A stretch of 64,000 bases of DNA from an uncultured Actinomycetota bacterium (GTDB lineage Bacteria > Actinomycetota > Acidimicrobiia > Spongiisociales > UBA4744): positions 193,259 through 257,258 of the forward strand of contig CAVQVN010000002.1 in NCBI GenBank assembly GCA_963717135.1, in the 5' to 3' direction. This document shows, piece after piece, positions 56,194 to 64,000 of the stretch. The stretch's first letter is position 1. Each line of letters opens with the position of its first letter. The notes under the pieces are model-generated. The model searched no databases. It was not told the origin of the DNA and saw only the letters and a list, made by a program, of their open reading frames with translations. The translations under genes and the position numbers were made by a program.

Positions 56194-57892
56194 AGCCGAC
56201 CACGACCAGGTCGTCCTCCTCGAGCGTGCCCTCTACCACCGTGACCTCGACCAGGCCACCTGCCGCGAGCCCCGGCTCAACGGACACAAACCGAGTGGTG
56301 CCGTCGCCCTGATCGACCTCGACGCGGGTGGCTCCGTCTGCCGTGGCCGACAGGGCGGCGGCCGGTACGGCCAGGACCTCACCCACCGTTGATTTCACCG
56401 GGATCACGACCTTCACGTTCCTGCCGATGAGATCCTCGGGCACGTCGGCAACCGAGATTTGCAGATAGTGCCGATTGGGTCCAACGTTGTTGGTGTTGGC
56501 CCGCTCGGCGATCACGGTGACGGTTCCGGGAATGGGGGCATCGAGACTGGAATCCTCGACAGAAACCGGTTCGCCTTCTTCGATGAGCGGCGCGTCCCGT
56601 TCCGATACCGAGCCTCGGATGGCCAGTTCTGAGCCGGTTACGGTCATGAAGCTCCCGGACAGGATCCCGCCCCTGGATACGGTCATGCGATCGATCCGAA
56701 CCGGAAGACGTTTTAGAAAGAGAAGCTCACCGGACGGGATCCAGGTCCCTAACTCCGCTTCCAGAGTTGCCAAGGCTTGCTGGGCGTCGGCCAGTTCCTC
56801 GTTGGCGTTCCGGATCTGCCGGTCGAAGCCCGAGAGGTCGATCGCCGCGGTCATTTCGTTCAGAGATTCCTGGGCTGTCAGCACTTGCTCTTCGCCGTTT
56901 CTGACCGCCTCCCCGGCTTGCAAGGCACCCACTTGCTGATCAATCCGGGCTTGCGTCAAGGCCTCGTCGGTCTGACGGAGAAGCTCGATCGCCTGTTCGT
57001 ACTCGGCGAGCAGTTGCTGGAGCTCGAATGAGGTAGGCGGCAGACCGGTATCGGGGTGTACGCCTGTTTGGGCGGTTTGCCATCGTTGTTCCGCCACCTG
57101 ATGTTCCCGGACGGCCTGCTGTCGTGCCAACTCGGCACTCCGCACGGCCGATTCGGCGGCCGTCACCTGCCGATCCTCGTCGATCTTGGCCAGGATGAGC
57201 TGTTGGTTGGCCGACCTCAACGCCGACTCTGCGCTGAGAATCTCCAGGGCGGTGGGGCCCTCGGCGAACTCACTACGGGCGTCGCGAGTCTCCTGAAGGG
57301 TCTCGCCGGCTGCTCGGACCCGGCTCTTGGCCGAGTCGAGTGCCGCCTGCTCTTGGTCCGATATCCCGTTCGAGCGGTAACCGGCGGCTGTGTACCAGGC
57401 GTCGATGGCCGCTCCCGTCTCACCATCCCATACTTCATCCGGGTCTCCCGTGAAGAAACCCAACCGGGCCAGCGCTTCCTCGAGTTGCAGAACATCCACA
57501 CCTTCGGCTCCGGGACGAAGATCGCGGTAAACGGGGATGTCACCCTGCAACGCCATGACCGGCCGGCCGGCAACCTCGAGTAGCGCCGAACCTTCCACAA
57601 CTTCGTCACCGACCTCGGGGGCCGCCGTCACCACCAGCGTGGTCGGGTTGCCCCCCAGGGCACCGGAAAGGGAGAGCGACGCCGGCTCGTCAAACCCGAT
57701 GTCAGCCCTGGTGATCACGTCGGCGGACAGCTCGGTTCTGATCACCGCCACGGTGATCAGCGACGGCTCAGGAGGCTCGGTCTGCGCGGCGATCTCGGCC
57801 GGGCTCTTTATCCCCCGGCCGATCAGCCAGCCGGTTCCGGCCGTTGCAGTCAAGCCGATCAAGACGGCCGCAAGAATTAGGCCCCGTTTCAT
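56177..57892 (-). CDS. Periplasmic adaptor (HlyD/MacA-like membrane-fusion protein) with an embedded peptidoglycan-binding PG_binding_1 domain
   Basis: N-terminal TM, 'VLQLEEALARLGFFTGDPDEVWDGETGAAIDAWYTAAGY', long coiled-coil, C-terminal beta-barrel. Confidence 0.75.
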   Translation of the reverse strand: MKRGLILAAVLIGLTATAGTGWLIGRGIKSPAEIAAQTEPPEPSLITVAVIRTELSADVITRADIGFDEPASLSLSGALGGNPTTLVVTAAPEVGDEVVEGSALLEVAGRPVMALQGDIPVYRDLRPGAEGVDVLQLEEALARLGFFTGDPDEVWDGETGAAIDAWYTAAGYRSNGISDQEQAALDSAKSRVRAAGETLQETRDARSEFAEGPTALEILSAESALRSANQQLILAKIDEDRQVTAAESAVRSAELARQQAVREHQVAEQRWQTAQTGVHPDTGLPPTSFELQQLLAEYEQAIELLRQTDEALTQARIDQQVGALQAGEAVRNGEEQVLTAQESLNEMTAAIDLSGFDRQIRNANEELADAQQALATLEAELGTWIPSGELLFLKRLPVRIDRMTVSRGGILSGSFMTVTGSELAIRGSVSERDAPLIEEGEPVSVEDSSLDAPIPGTVTVIAERANTNNVGPNRHYLQISVADVPEDLIGRNVKVVIPVKSTVGEVLAVPAAALSATADGATRVEVDQGDGTTRFVSVEPGLAAGGLVEVTVVEGTLEEDDLVVVGYATGS

Positions 57893-57894
57893 GG

Positions 57895-58998
57895 TCAGCT
57901 GCTGTCGCGCAGAGCTTCGAGTTCAGCGCGATGTTCGGCAATGAAGTCGGCCTCGTACTCGCTCGAGATCTCCCTATACATCTCATCCATGTCCTTGGAG
58001 CATCCCGCCGCGGCTACCGCCAAATCGATTTCCTCCTGTTGGAGCGCCGCCAGGGCTTCCTGATCGATGTCTTGCATAGAGTCTTGTTGGGCTTGTTGGA
58101 AGAAAGCGTCAACCTCCTCTGGAGTCCTCTCCTCGAAGAAGGCATTGATCTCGTCCTCGGTCCACCCCTCGAACGGGTCAGTGAAACCTCCGTTCGGGCC
58201 GACGATCTCGTCGAGCCGCTTCTGAAAATCGTCGAAGACGGTCATGTACATGTCGTCCATGGACTCGTAGTCGTATCCGCGATCGGCCATGCACACCGAC
58301 CACTCCTCGTTGGCCGCAACGACACGCGGATCAGATTGCATCTTCTCGTACATCGCCTCGAGCTCGGGCTGGAACTCCTCCCAGAGATTCTGGCCACCCT
58401 CTGCGCCGTAAACCTCCTCTGCCGCCGCACCCCAGCAACCACCCCCGAAGCCTTCCGACACGTAGAACGTCTCGCCCGACTCTTCATCGATCTGCGGAGT
58501 GCCGAAGTCGGGGGGACCGTGGAGAGCCTCGTAGTAGGCGTCCCGTTCGGACTCGGACATGGCGTCGACGATCTCTTGATTCGGATCTACCCAATCGGGC
58601 TCCTCGCCCCCAAAGAACGCATCCTCGTTGCCGTACCAGGTGGTAATACCGAACCCCCGCTCGCGGGCATATTCCGCCTGATCAAAGGCGACCTCGAAAT
58701 CGGGCGCGGGCATCGTCGCCGGGATATATTCGAAACCTTGTTCCGCCATGCAGGAGCGGATCAGTTCTTGAATCCTCGCCTCTTGTTCCTGATACCGGGC
58801 TTGGGCGGCGGCCGGGTCGTCCCCACTGTCCCATCCGAAGAAACCGGCCAGGGTCTCGGGCTCATCCGACGTCGTCGTCTGATCATCCGAACCCGGTACA
58901 TCGGACGTTGGGTCCGGGTCGCCGCCTACGGTTTCGCCACCGCAACCGACCAGCATCAACATCAGGGCAACTGCAACTGCCATCCATCGACTTCGCAT
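57895..58998 (-). CDS. Highly acidic, aromatic-rich lipoprotein of unknown function, first gene of the MacAB-like operon
   Basis: Signal plus lipobox 'ALMLMLVGCGG'; D/E/F/W/Y-rich body, no recognised domain; stop is 3 nt from the adaptor start. Confidence 0.65.
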   Translation of the reverse strand: MRSRWMAVAVALMLMLVGCGGETVGGDPDPTSDVPGSDDQTTTSDEPETLAGFFGWDSGDDPAAAQARYQEQEARIQELIRSCMAEQGFEYIPATMPAPDFEVAFDQAEYARERGFGITTWYGNEDAFFGGEEPDWVDPNQEIVDAMSESERDAYYEALHGPPDFGTPQIDEESGETFYVSEGFGGGCWGAAAEEVYGAEGGQNLWEEFQPELEAMYEKMQSDPRVVAANEEWSVCMADRGYDYESMDDMYMTVFDDFQKRLDEIVGPNGGFTDPFEGWTEDEINAFFEERTPEEVDAFFQQAQQDSMQDIDQEALAALQQEEIDLAVAAAGCSKDMDEMYREISSEYEADFIAEHRAELEALRDSS

Positions 58999-59065
58999 GT
59001 TCTATACCCCCAGTCGGCTCTTCGAATCGATACCAAAGCCTCCTCCGCTGGCTGGACTCTCCCGG

Positions 59066-60472
59066 TCAGTCATCCCACGTCACCGTGGTGGCAGCATCAA
59101 GTTCTACGCCACCGTCATCCAACCCATCACCGTCACGATCCCAGAAGGCGAGAACCATGTCCAGGACGGGAGGGTCGTCACCGGCGGTCGGGTCACCCGG
59201 CCCCGCATAGTTGATCGAAGCGGTCCCGTCGGCTGCGGTGAAAACCGCCTGGGTCAGTATCCGGGCACCACCCCGCTCGACAGAGAAATGAATCCTCTCA
59301 CCCCATACGGGGGACCCGTCGGCGGTAAGGGAAGCGGTGACGGTGACCGCATCACCGAACCCGGCACTTTGTGGCGTTGTCACTTGGAACGAGCTGGCGA
59401 CCGCGGACCACGCAATGGAGGCGGTCGAGAAGTCATCGACGACGTCTGCGTCGAAAACCTGCCCTAGGGGTCCTATCCAGGCGTAGACGTGGTCCTTCTC
59501 GGCGATTAGTTCGTGGGTGAGAAGCACCGTGACCTTGCCTTCTGAATCGCTCTTCGGGTCTGCCCAATCGATTTCGCAGTCGACCGACGACCCGGCGTCA
59601 CCACCATCCACGGAGGCATCCGTATCGACGGCGCAAGTGCCGTCCGATTTGAGGGAGGACGCCACAAACACGTCTACGAGCTGGCCCGCCAGCGGCTTTC
59701 CCTCGGACCCGGTGATTCTGATGGTGGCGACGACCAGGCCGTTAACCGGTGCTGAGTTAGCCGAAAGAGTCAGCTTTACTCCGTAGGGATCAGCCCCGGC
59801 TGCCTGTAGAGCGTTCGCCAGGAAGATCGCCATCTGCCAGCGGGGCATCGTCTGGTGAGGCGAGAATGTGGTCGGAGAGGTGCCCGAGGCCACTCCGAGT
59901 CGGGCGATCTGATTGATGGCCGTGGTCGCTTCCGCCGAGAGGTTGCTCAAGTCGGTGAAGCCGTAGTCGTGACCGGCCGGCATCTCGATCCCAGCGCGCT
60001 CGAGAAGGCGGGAAACGAAGATCGCCATCTGCCAACGCGGCATTCTTTGGTGAGGCGAGAATGTGGTGCGGCTGGTTCCGGATGCCAGACCAATCTCGGT
60101 GATTTGGTTGATGGCGATCTGGGCGGCCGGTTCGATACCTGGAACGTCGATGAATCCTTGCGGCGTAGGCGAGGGGAGGGACAACCCCAGCGCTTGGGCG
60201 GTGCGAGCCAGGAAGATCGCCATTTGCCATCGCGGAACGGCGACGTGTGGAGAATACGTAAGGAAACCCGTACCGGTGGTGATGTTGTAATGCGCAACGC
60301 AGTCGATCGCCGAGGTTGACTCTTCGGACAGACCGTCCAGATCGACGAACCCGGCCGAGGCGAGATCCGACGGACAGGCCTTCGTAGCCGCGTAGCCGGA
60401 TCCAGGCGCGAGGATGCCCGCCCCCAGGGCTATGACCGGGACTAAAATCAAACGACCCCATTTGCTCTTCAT
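59066..60472 (-). CDS. Surface protein with three tandem SLH domains and a C-terminal beta-rich region
   Basis: Signal peptide 'MKSKWGRLILVPVIALGAGILAPGSGYA'; 3x '...TFSPH..VPRWQMAIFL.R..' SLH repeats. Confidence 0.8.
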   Translation of the reverse strand: MKSKWGRLILVPVIALGAGILAPGSGYAATKACPSDLASAGFVDLDGLSEESTSAIDCVAHYNITTGTGFLTYSPHVAVPRWQMAIFLARTAQALGLSLPSPTPQGFIDVPGIEPAAQIAINQITEIGLASGTSRTTFSPHQRMPRWQMAIFVSRLLERAGIEMPAGHDYGFTDLSNLSAEATTAINQIARLGVASGTSPTTFSPHQTMPRWQMAIFLANALQAAGADPYGVKLTLSANSAPVNGLVVATIRITGSEGKPLAGQLVDVFVASSLKSDGTCAVDTDASVDGGDAGSSVDCEIDWADPKSDSEGKVTVLLTHELIAEKDHVYAWIGPLGQVFDADVVDDFSTASIAWSAVASSFQVTTPQSAGFGDAVTVTASLTADGSPVWGERIHFSVERGGARILTQAVFTAADGTASINYAGPGDPTAGDDPPVLDMVLAFWDRDGDGLDDGGVELDAATTVTWDD

Positions 60473-60672
60473 GGGCTTGCCCTCGCTAGGCACCCAGGGC
60501 CAACACAGATGATGCTATTCGCTCGGCGATACCGGTGCCCATCCAGCCGACGCCGCGATCGACAAAGCGCTGCCAAAGAAAATGCCGGACGGCACGATTC
60601 GTTCCCAGAACCGCCAGCCTGGGAACCGCGAGATCGTTGCGGATCGCGGATGCCGCGCAAGATGCAGGTCCG

Positions 60673-60747
60673 TCGGGCTGGGGAGATTTGAACTCCCGAC
60701 CTCTTGACCCCCAGTCAAGCGCGCTAACCAAGCTGCGCCACAGCCCG
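60673..60747 (-). tRNA. tRNA-Pro (anticodon GGG)
   Basis: Hand-folded: acceptor CGGGCUG/CAGCCCG, D-arm GCGC-AGCUUGGUUA-GCGC, anticodon arm CUUGA-CUGGGGG-UCAAG, variable AGGUC, T-arm GGGAG-UUCAAAU-CUCCC, discriminator A; CCA not encoded. Confidence 0.8.
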
Positions 60748-61017
60748 TGGCTGATGATGTTAATCGAGCAATCGGCTAGTGGACCGCCGCGGAATTCACC
60801 CTCCCCACGGGCAGGATCCCCAACCCAGCCAAGAGATCACGCACAGGCCGCCCTCAACCATGCGGACGGCCAGGTATACGCCCACAGCCACCACCATGAG
60901 CCAATAGAACAGCGGCCTCTGCTGCGGTTCGGGCTCGGTCAAACCGAAGCAACTCCACGGCGGCGATCGGAAGCTCGGCCCTGCCCCTCGGCGAGGTGGT
61001 CGAGATTTCGACGCGCG

Positions 61018-62340
61018 TCAACCACGGCCCGCTCTTCTCTCTTTTGCGCGAGTCAATAGGTGAATCGGCGTGCCCGTGAAATCCAGTTCCGCCCGCATTC
61101 GGTTCTCCAGAAACCGGAGATAGTCGTCTCCCAGTTCCCCGCCCGAGACGAAGACAATGATGGTGGGCGGATTGGTACCCGCCTGGACGGCATACATGAT
61201 CTTCGGTCGCCGGCCTTTTCGTACGGGAGGCGGATGCGACGCCTGCCAGCTGCGGATCAGCCGATTCAGCTGGCCCGTGGGGACCCGACGGGCCCGGTTT
61301 TCGAGCACAACCTCCAAAGCGCCCGGCAGCCGGTGCAACCGGGCACCGGTCAGAGCCGAGATGCGAAGCACCGGTGCCCAGCTCACGAACCCCAGCCGGT
61401 CTCCCACTCCGAAGGTGGTCTCTTCCCGTTGTTCCAGATCGGGTAGATCCCACTTGTTGAGAAGGATGATCAGACCAGCGCCGGAGGTGGCAGCTTCTTC
61501 GGCGATTCGCTGATCCTGCTGGGTCACGCCCTCGGTGGCGTCTACGAGCAGCAAGGCAACATCCGCTTCGTCGAGCGCCTGCCGGGCGCGGATGAGCGAG
61601 TAGAAATCGGCACTGTCTTTGACTTTGGGGGCTCGCCGGATTCCGGCTGTGTCCACAACTCGAAAGACCTCATCACCGATGGCTACCTCCACATCGATCG
61701 GGTCTCTGGTGGTCCCGGGGGTCGGTGAGACGAGCACCCGTTCCTCACCGATCAATCTGTTCAACAGCGTCGACTTTCCGACATTGGGGCGACCAATTAT
61801 GGCCAAAGTCCTGAGTTCATCCTCCCGGACATCCTCTGCCTCCGGCAGGGCGGCGACCAGACGATCGAGCAGATCCCCCACACCCCGACCGTGGACGGCA
61901 CTGACCGGAACCGGCTCGCCGAGGCTGGTCTTCCAGAGCGCCGAGATGTCCATCTCCTGAGCCGCGTCGTCGACCTTGTTGGCGACCAGGATGACACAGG
62001 CAGTGGTGTCGTGCAGCATGGTCGCGACCGCAGCATCGTCTTCGGACATCCCCACGGTCGCATCGACCACGAACAACACGACGTCGGCTCCCTCCAGCGC
62101 CGCCTCCGCCTGGGCCGTGATGCCGGCGGTCAACTCCTCACCGGGCGCCAACTCCCACCCCCCGGTGTCGATCAGGATGAAGTCGCGGCCCGCCCAGTCT
62201 GCTCGGAACTCGCGGCGGTCCCGGGTCACCCCCGGTCGTTCCTGCACCACGGCGGCCCGGCGACCCAGCACGCGGTTGACCAATGTCGACTTGCCGACGT
62301 TGGGGCGACCCAATACTGCGACCACGGGCAGCCGGCTCAT
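61018..62340 (-). CDS. der: Ribosome-biogenesis GTPase Der (EngA), two GTPase domains plus KH-like C-terminus
   Basis: 'VVAVLGRPNVGKSTLVN' and 'LAIIGRPNVGKSTLLN' G1 motifs; ATG at residue 26 of the track ORF. Confidence 0.9.
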   Translation of the reverse strand: MSRLPVVAVLGRPNVGKSTLVNRVLGRRAAVVQERPGVTRDRREFRADWAGRDFILIDTGGWELAPGEELTAGITAQAEAALEGADVVLFVVDATVGMSEDDAAVATMLHDTTACVILVANKVDDAAQEMDISALWKTSLGEPVPVSAVHGRGVGDLLDRLVAALPEAEDVREDELRTLAIIGRPNVGKSTLLNRLIGEERVLVSPTPGTTRDPIDVEVAIGDEVFRVVDTAGIRRAPKVKDSADFYSLIRARQALDEADVALLLVDATEGVTQQDQRIAEEAATSGAGLIILLNKWDLPDLEQREETTFGVGDRLGFVSWAPVLRISALTGARLHRLPGALEVVLENRARRVPTGQLNRLIRSWQASHPPPVRKGRRPKIMYAVQAGTNPPTIIVFVSGGELGDDYLRFLENRMRAELDFTGTPIHLLTRAKERRAGRG

Positions 62341-62437
62341 GAGCGGAGGAACATGACCGAGTTGTGCACGCCAACAGCCTAAGTACTGCGCCAGACAAGC
62401 ACGAAGAAGAAGCACCGATTTCTCCTACCATGGTGAT

Positions 62438-63484
62438 ATGCCCGAAAAAGTGCTGCTGGCCGAACCGCGTGGATTCTGCGCCGGTGTCGAGATGGCCATC
62501 AAGGCCTTGACGTGGATGGTGCGTGTCTTCGAGCCGCCGGTGTACTGCTACCACCAGATCGTTCACAACCAGTGGGTAGTAAAGGCCTTCGAGCAGGTAG
62601 GAGTCATCTTCGTTGACGACATCGACGAGGTGCCGAGGGGTGCGCCGGTGATGCTCTCTGCTCACGGATCCGCCCCCGACGTTGTAGCGGCTGCCGGTAA
62701 CCGAGCCGGGGTGGTCATCGACGCGGTATGCCCGCTGGTGACCAAGGTGCACCACGAAGTCAAGCGCATGGCAGATGAAAGGTTCGACATCATTTATGTC
62801 GGCCACGAGGGTCACGACGAAGCCATCGGCACGGTGGCGGAAGCCCCAGATTCGATCGCTCTGGTTCAACCAGAGACCGGTTTGGCCGGATTCGATCCGG
62901 CCGACCCGGCCAAAGTTGCGCTGCTTGCCCAGACCACCCTGGGCATCCATGAGTGGCAAACGGTGCTCGACGAGGCAGCCGCCCGCTACCCGGACCTCTG
63001 GACGGCCCGCAAGAGCGATCTCTGCTACGCGACCACCAACCGCCAGGAAGCCGTGCAACGGTTGTCCGGGCGTGCAGACCTCATCCTGGTGGTCGGCTCG
63101 GAGAATTCCTCAAATACGCAGGCGCTCGTCCGGGTCGCCCAGGAAGCCGGGACCCCGGCCTATCGGATCGACAACGCTGCCGGCATCCAGGACGACTGGC
63201 TCACCGAGGCCCGCATCGTGGGGTTGACCGCCGGTGCATCCGCCCCCGACCACCTGGTGCAAGAGGTCATCGACCGTATCGATCCATCCGACGGGTTCGA
63301 ACTCTTCGGGTTGACCGATGAGGAGGAATATTTCCCTCTCCCCCGACAGCTCCGCAGTTTCCTCAGCGCCCTGCAAGCAGCCGTCGAGGGAGGTTTCACG
63401 GCCCGCCGCCCCGGACGTCCCGGTCTGCTGGAGAATGATCGGGACTGGACCGCCACCGAGGCTCTCCAGCTGATACGCCCTTAG
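62438..63484 (+). CDS. ispH: 4-hydroxy-3-methylbut-2-enyl diphosphate reductase
   Basis: 'LAEPRGFCAGVEMAIKAL', 'HQIVHN', 'VVGSENSSNTQALV'. Confidence 0.95.
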   Translation: MPEKVLLAEPRGFCAGVEMAIKALTWMVRVFEPPVYCYHQIVHNQWVVKAFEQVGVIFVDDIDEVPRGAPVMLSAHGSAPDVVAAAGNRAGVVIDAVCPLVTKVHHEVKRMADERFDIIYVGHEGHDEAIGTVAEAPDSIALVQPETGLAGFDPADPAKVALLAQTTLGIHEWQTVLDEAAARYPDLWTARKSDLCYATTNRQEAVQRLSGRADLILVVGSENSSNTQALVRVAQEAGTPAYRIDNAAGIQDDWLTEARIVGLTAGASAPDHLVQEVIDRIDPSDGFELFGLTDEEEYFPLPRQLRSFLSALQAAVEGGFTARRPGRPGLLENDRDWTATEALQLIRP

Positions 63485-64000
63485 GAGCCCGGCAGCCGCT
63501 CCGCCACCAACCGGACCACGAAGTCGATCACCTCGTCAACCGGCATGTTGGACGTGTCTATCTCCACGGCATCCGCGGCCGGTCGCAGCGGCGATGCCTG
63601 CCTGGTCGAATCGCGGAGATCGCGACGCTCTAGTTCGCGAGCGACACCGGCCAGGGACCCTTCACCATCCGGTAACTCGCGTGCCCGGCGAGCCGCCCGG
63701 ACTTCGGGACGGGCAGTGAGGAAGATCTTCACCGGAGCTTCCGGGAACACCACCGTCCCGATATCGCGGCCCTCAACCACGGCGGACCCCCCCTGCCGCT
63801 CCACCCAGGTCCGTTGCCAGGTAACCAGCACTTCGCGCACTTCAGGAATGGCCGAGACCCGGCTGGCGTGCGAGGTCAACTCGGGACTCCGGATCGCCTC
63901 ACTCACATCTTCGCCGGCCAACAGCATGGCTCCGTTGCGATAGCCGAATCCGGCCTTCCGGACCACCTCGGTCACCGCTCGAGCATCGTCTAGGTCAACC
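63481..64000 (-). CDS. cmk: Cytidylate kinase, C-terminal ~170 aa (gene continues beyond window end)
   Basis: '...VVEGRDIGTVVFPEAPVKIFLTARPEVRAARRA'; frame stays open upstream of the track's GTG ('VDLDDARAV...'). Confidence 0.85.
   Translation of the reverse strand, partial: VDLDDARAVTEVVRKAGFGYRNGAMLLAGEDVSEAIRSPELTSHASRVSAIPEVREVLVTWQRTWVERQGGSAVVEGRDIGTVVFPEAPVKIFLTARPEVRAARRARELPDGEGSLAGVARELERRDLRDSTRQASPLRPAADAVEIDTSNMPVDEVIDFVVRLVAERLPGS

Noticed and set aside
57844-59214. Many long antisense ORFs (e.g. 57844..59214 456 aa, 44066..45106, 49446..50633, 23666..24667, 32486..33514, 17574..18476, 10388..11272, 5538..6638)
   Set aside because: They lie opposite well-supported genes, have Arg/Gly/Pro-biased composition typical of high-GC shadow frames, and carry no recognisable motifs.
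60494-61059. ORFs overlapping tRNA-Pro and the der gene (60535..61059, 60854..61453, 60486..60731)
   Set aside because: They overlap an RNA gene or a well-supported CDS and have low-complexity composition.
1-64000. CRISPR arrays, rRNA, integron or prophage structural genes, known defence systems (RM, Abi, CBASS, etc.)
   Set aside because: No regularly spaced direct repeats and no Cas-like, phage-like or nuclease/helicase defence-type proteins were seen.

Overview
High-GC (~66-68%) actinobacterial chromosome segment, almost entirely coding and mostly on the minus strand. Gene content and synteny point to Actinomycetota. The clearest evidence is a GarA/OdhI-type FHA regulator inside a gcvH-garA-MerR-DUF151-MerR...gcv block that mirrors mycobacterial Rv1826-Rv1832. 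From start to end the window holds: a truncated IS481-family transposase running off the 5' edge; a sugar ABC importer with a divergent DeoR regulator; an amino-acid ABC importer next to a DUF62 SAM hydrolase and an adenosine deaminase; a secreted CxxCH / His-Asp-rich protein; a complete Gram-positive-type tad/Flp pilus locus (cpaB-tadZ-cpaF-tadB-tadC-flp-tadE-like genes); a BON/OmpA protein translationally coupled to an orphan LivK-like binding protein; housekeeping genes (rnhB, yqgE, yajQ, a second add); a split glycine-cleavage operon gcvT-gcvPA-gcvPB with gcvH 6 kb away; hpt, a DD-carboxypeptidase, a K-channel/RCK protein and pgsA; a five-gene peptide (Opp/Dpp-type) ABC operon; an orphan histidine kinase; an apparently orphan vapC toxin beside a gene-poor lower-GC stretch; a MacAB/FtsX-type ABC system with a peptidoglycan-binding adaptor and a very acidic lipoprotein; an SLH-domain surface protein next to tRNA-Pro(GGG); then cmk-der and ispH. 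No CRISPR array, rRNA or known defence-system genes were seen. Many long antisense ORFs in the track are high-GC artefacts. Observations judged new or unusual are in findings. Because the ORF caller uses GTG/TTG as starts and my manual position counting drifted by up to 1 nt in places, all coordinates and start codons are +/- a few nt.
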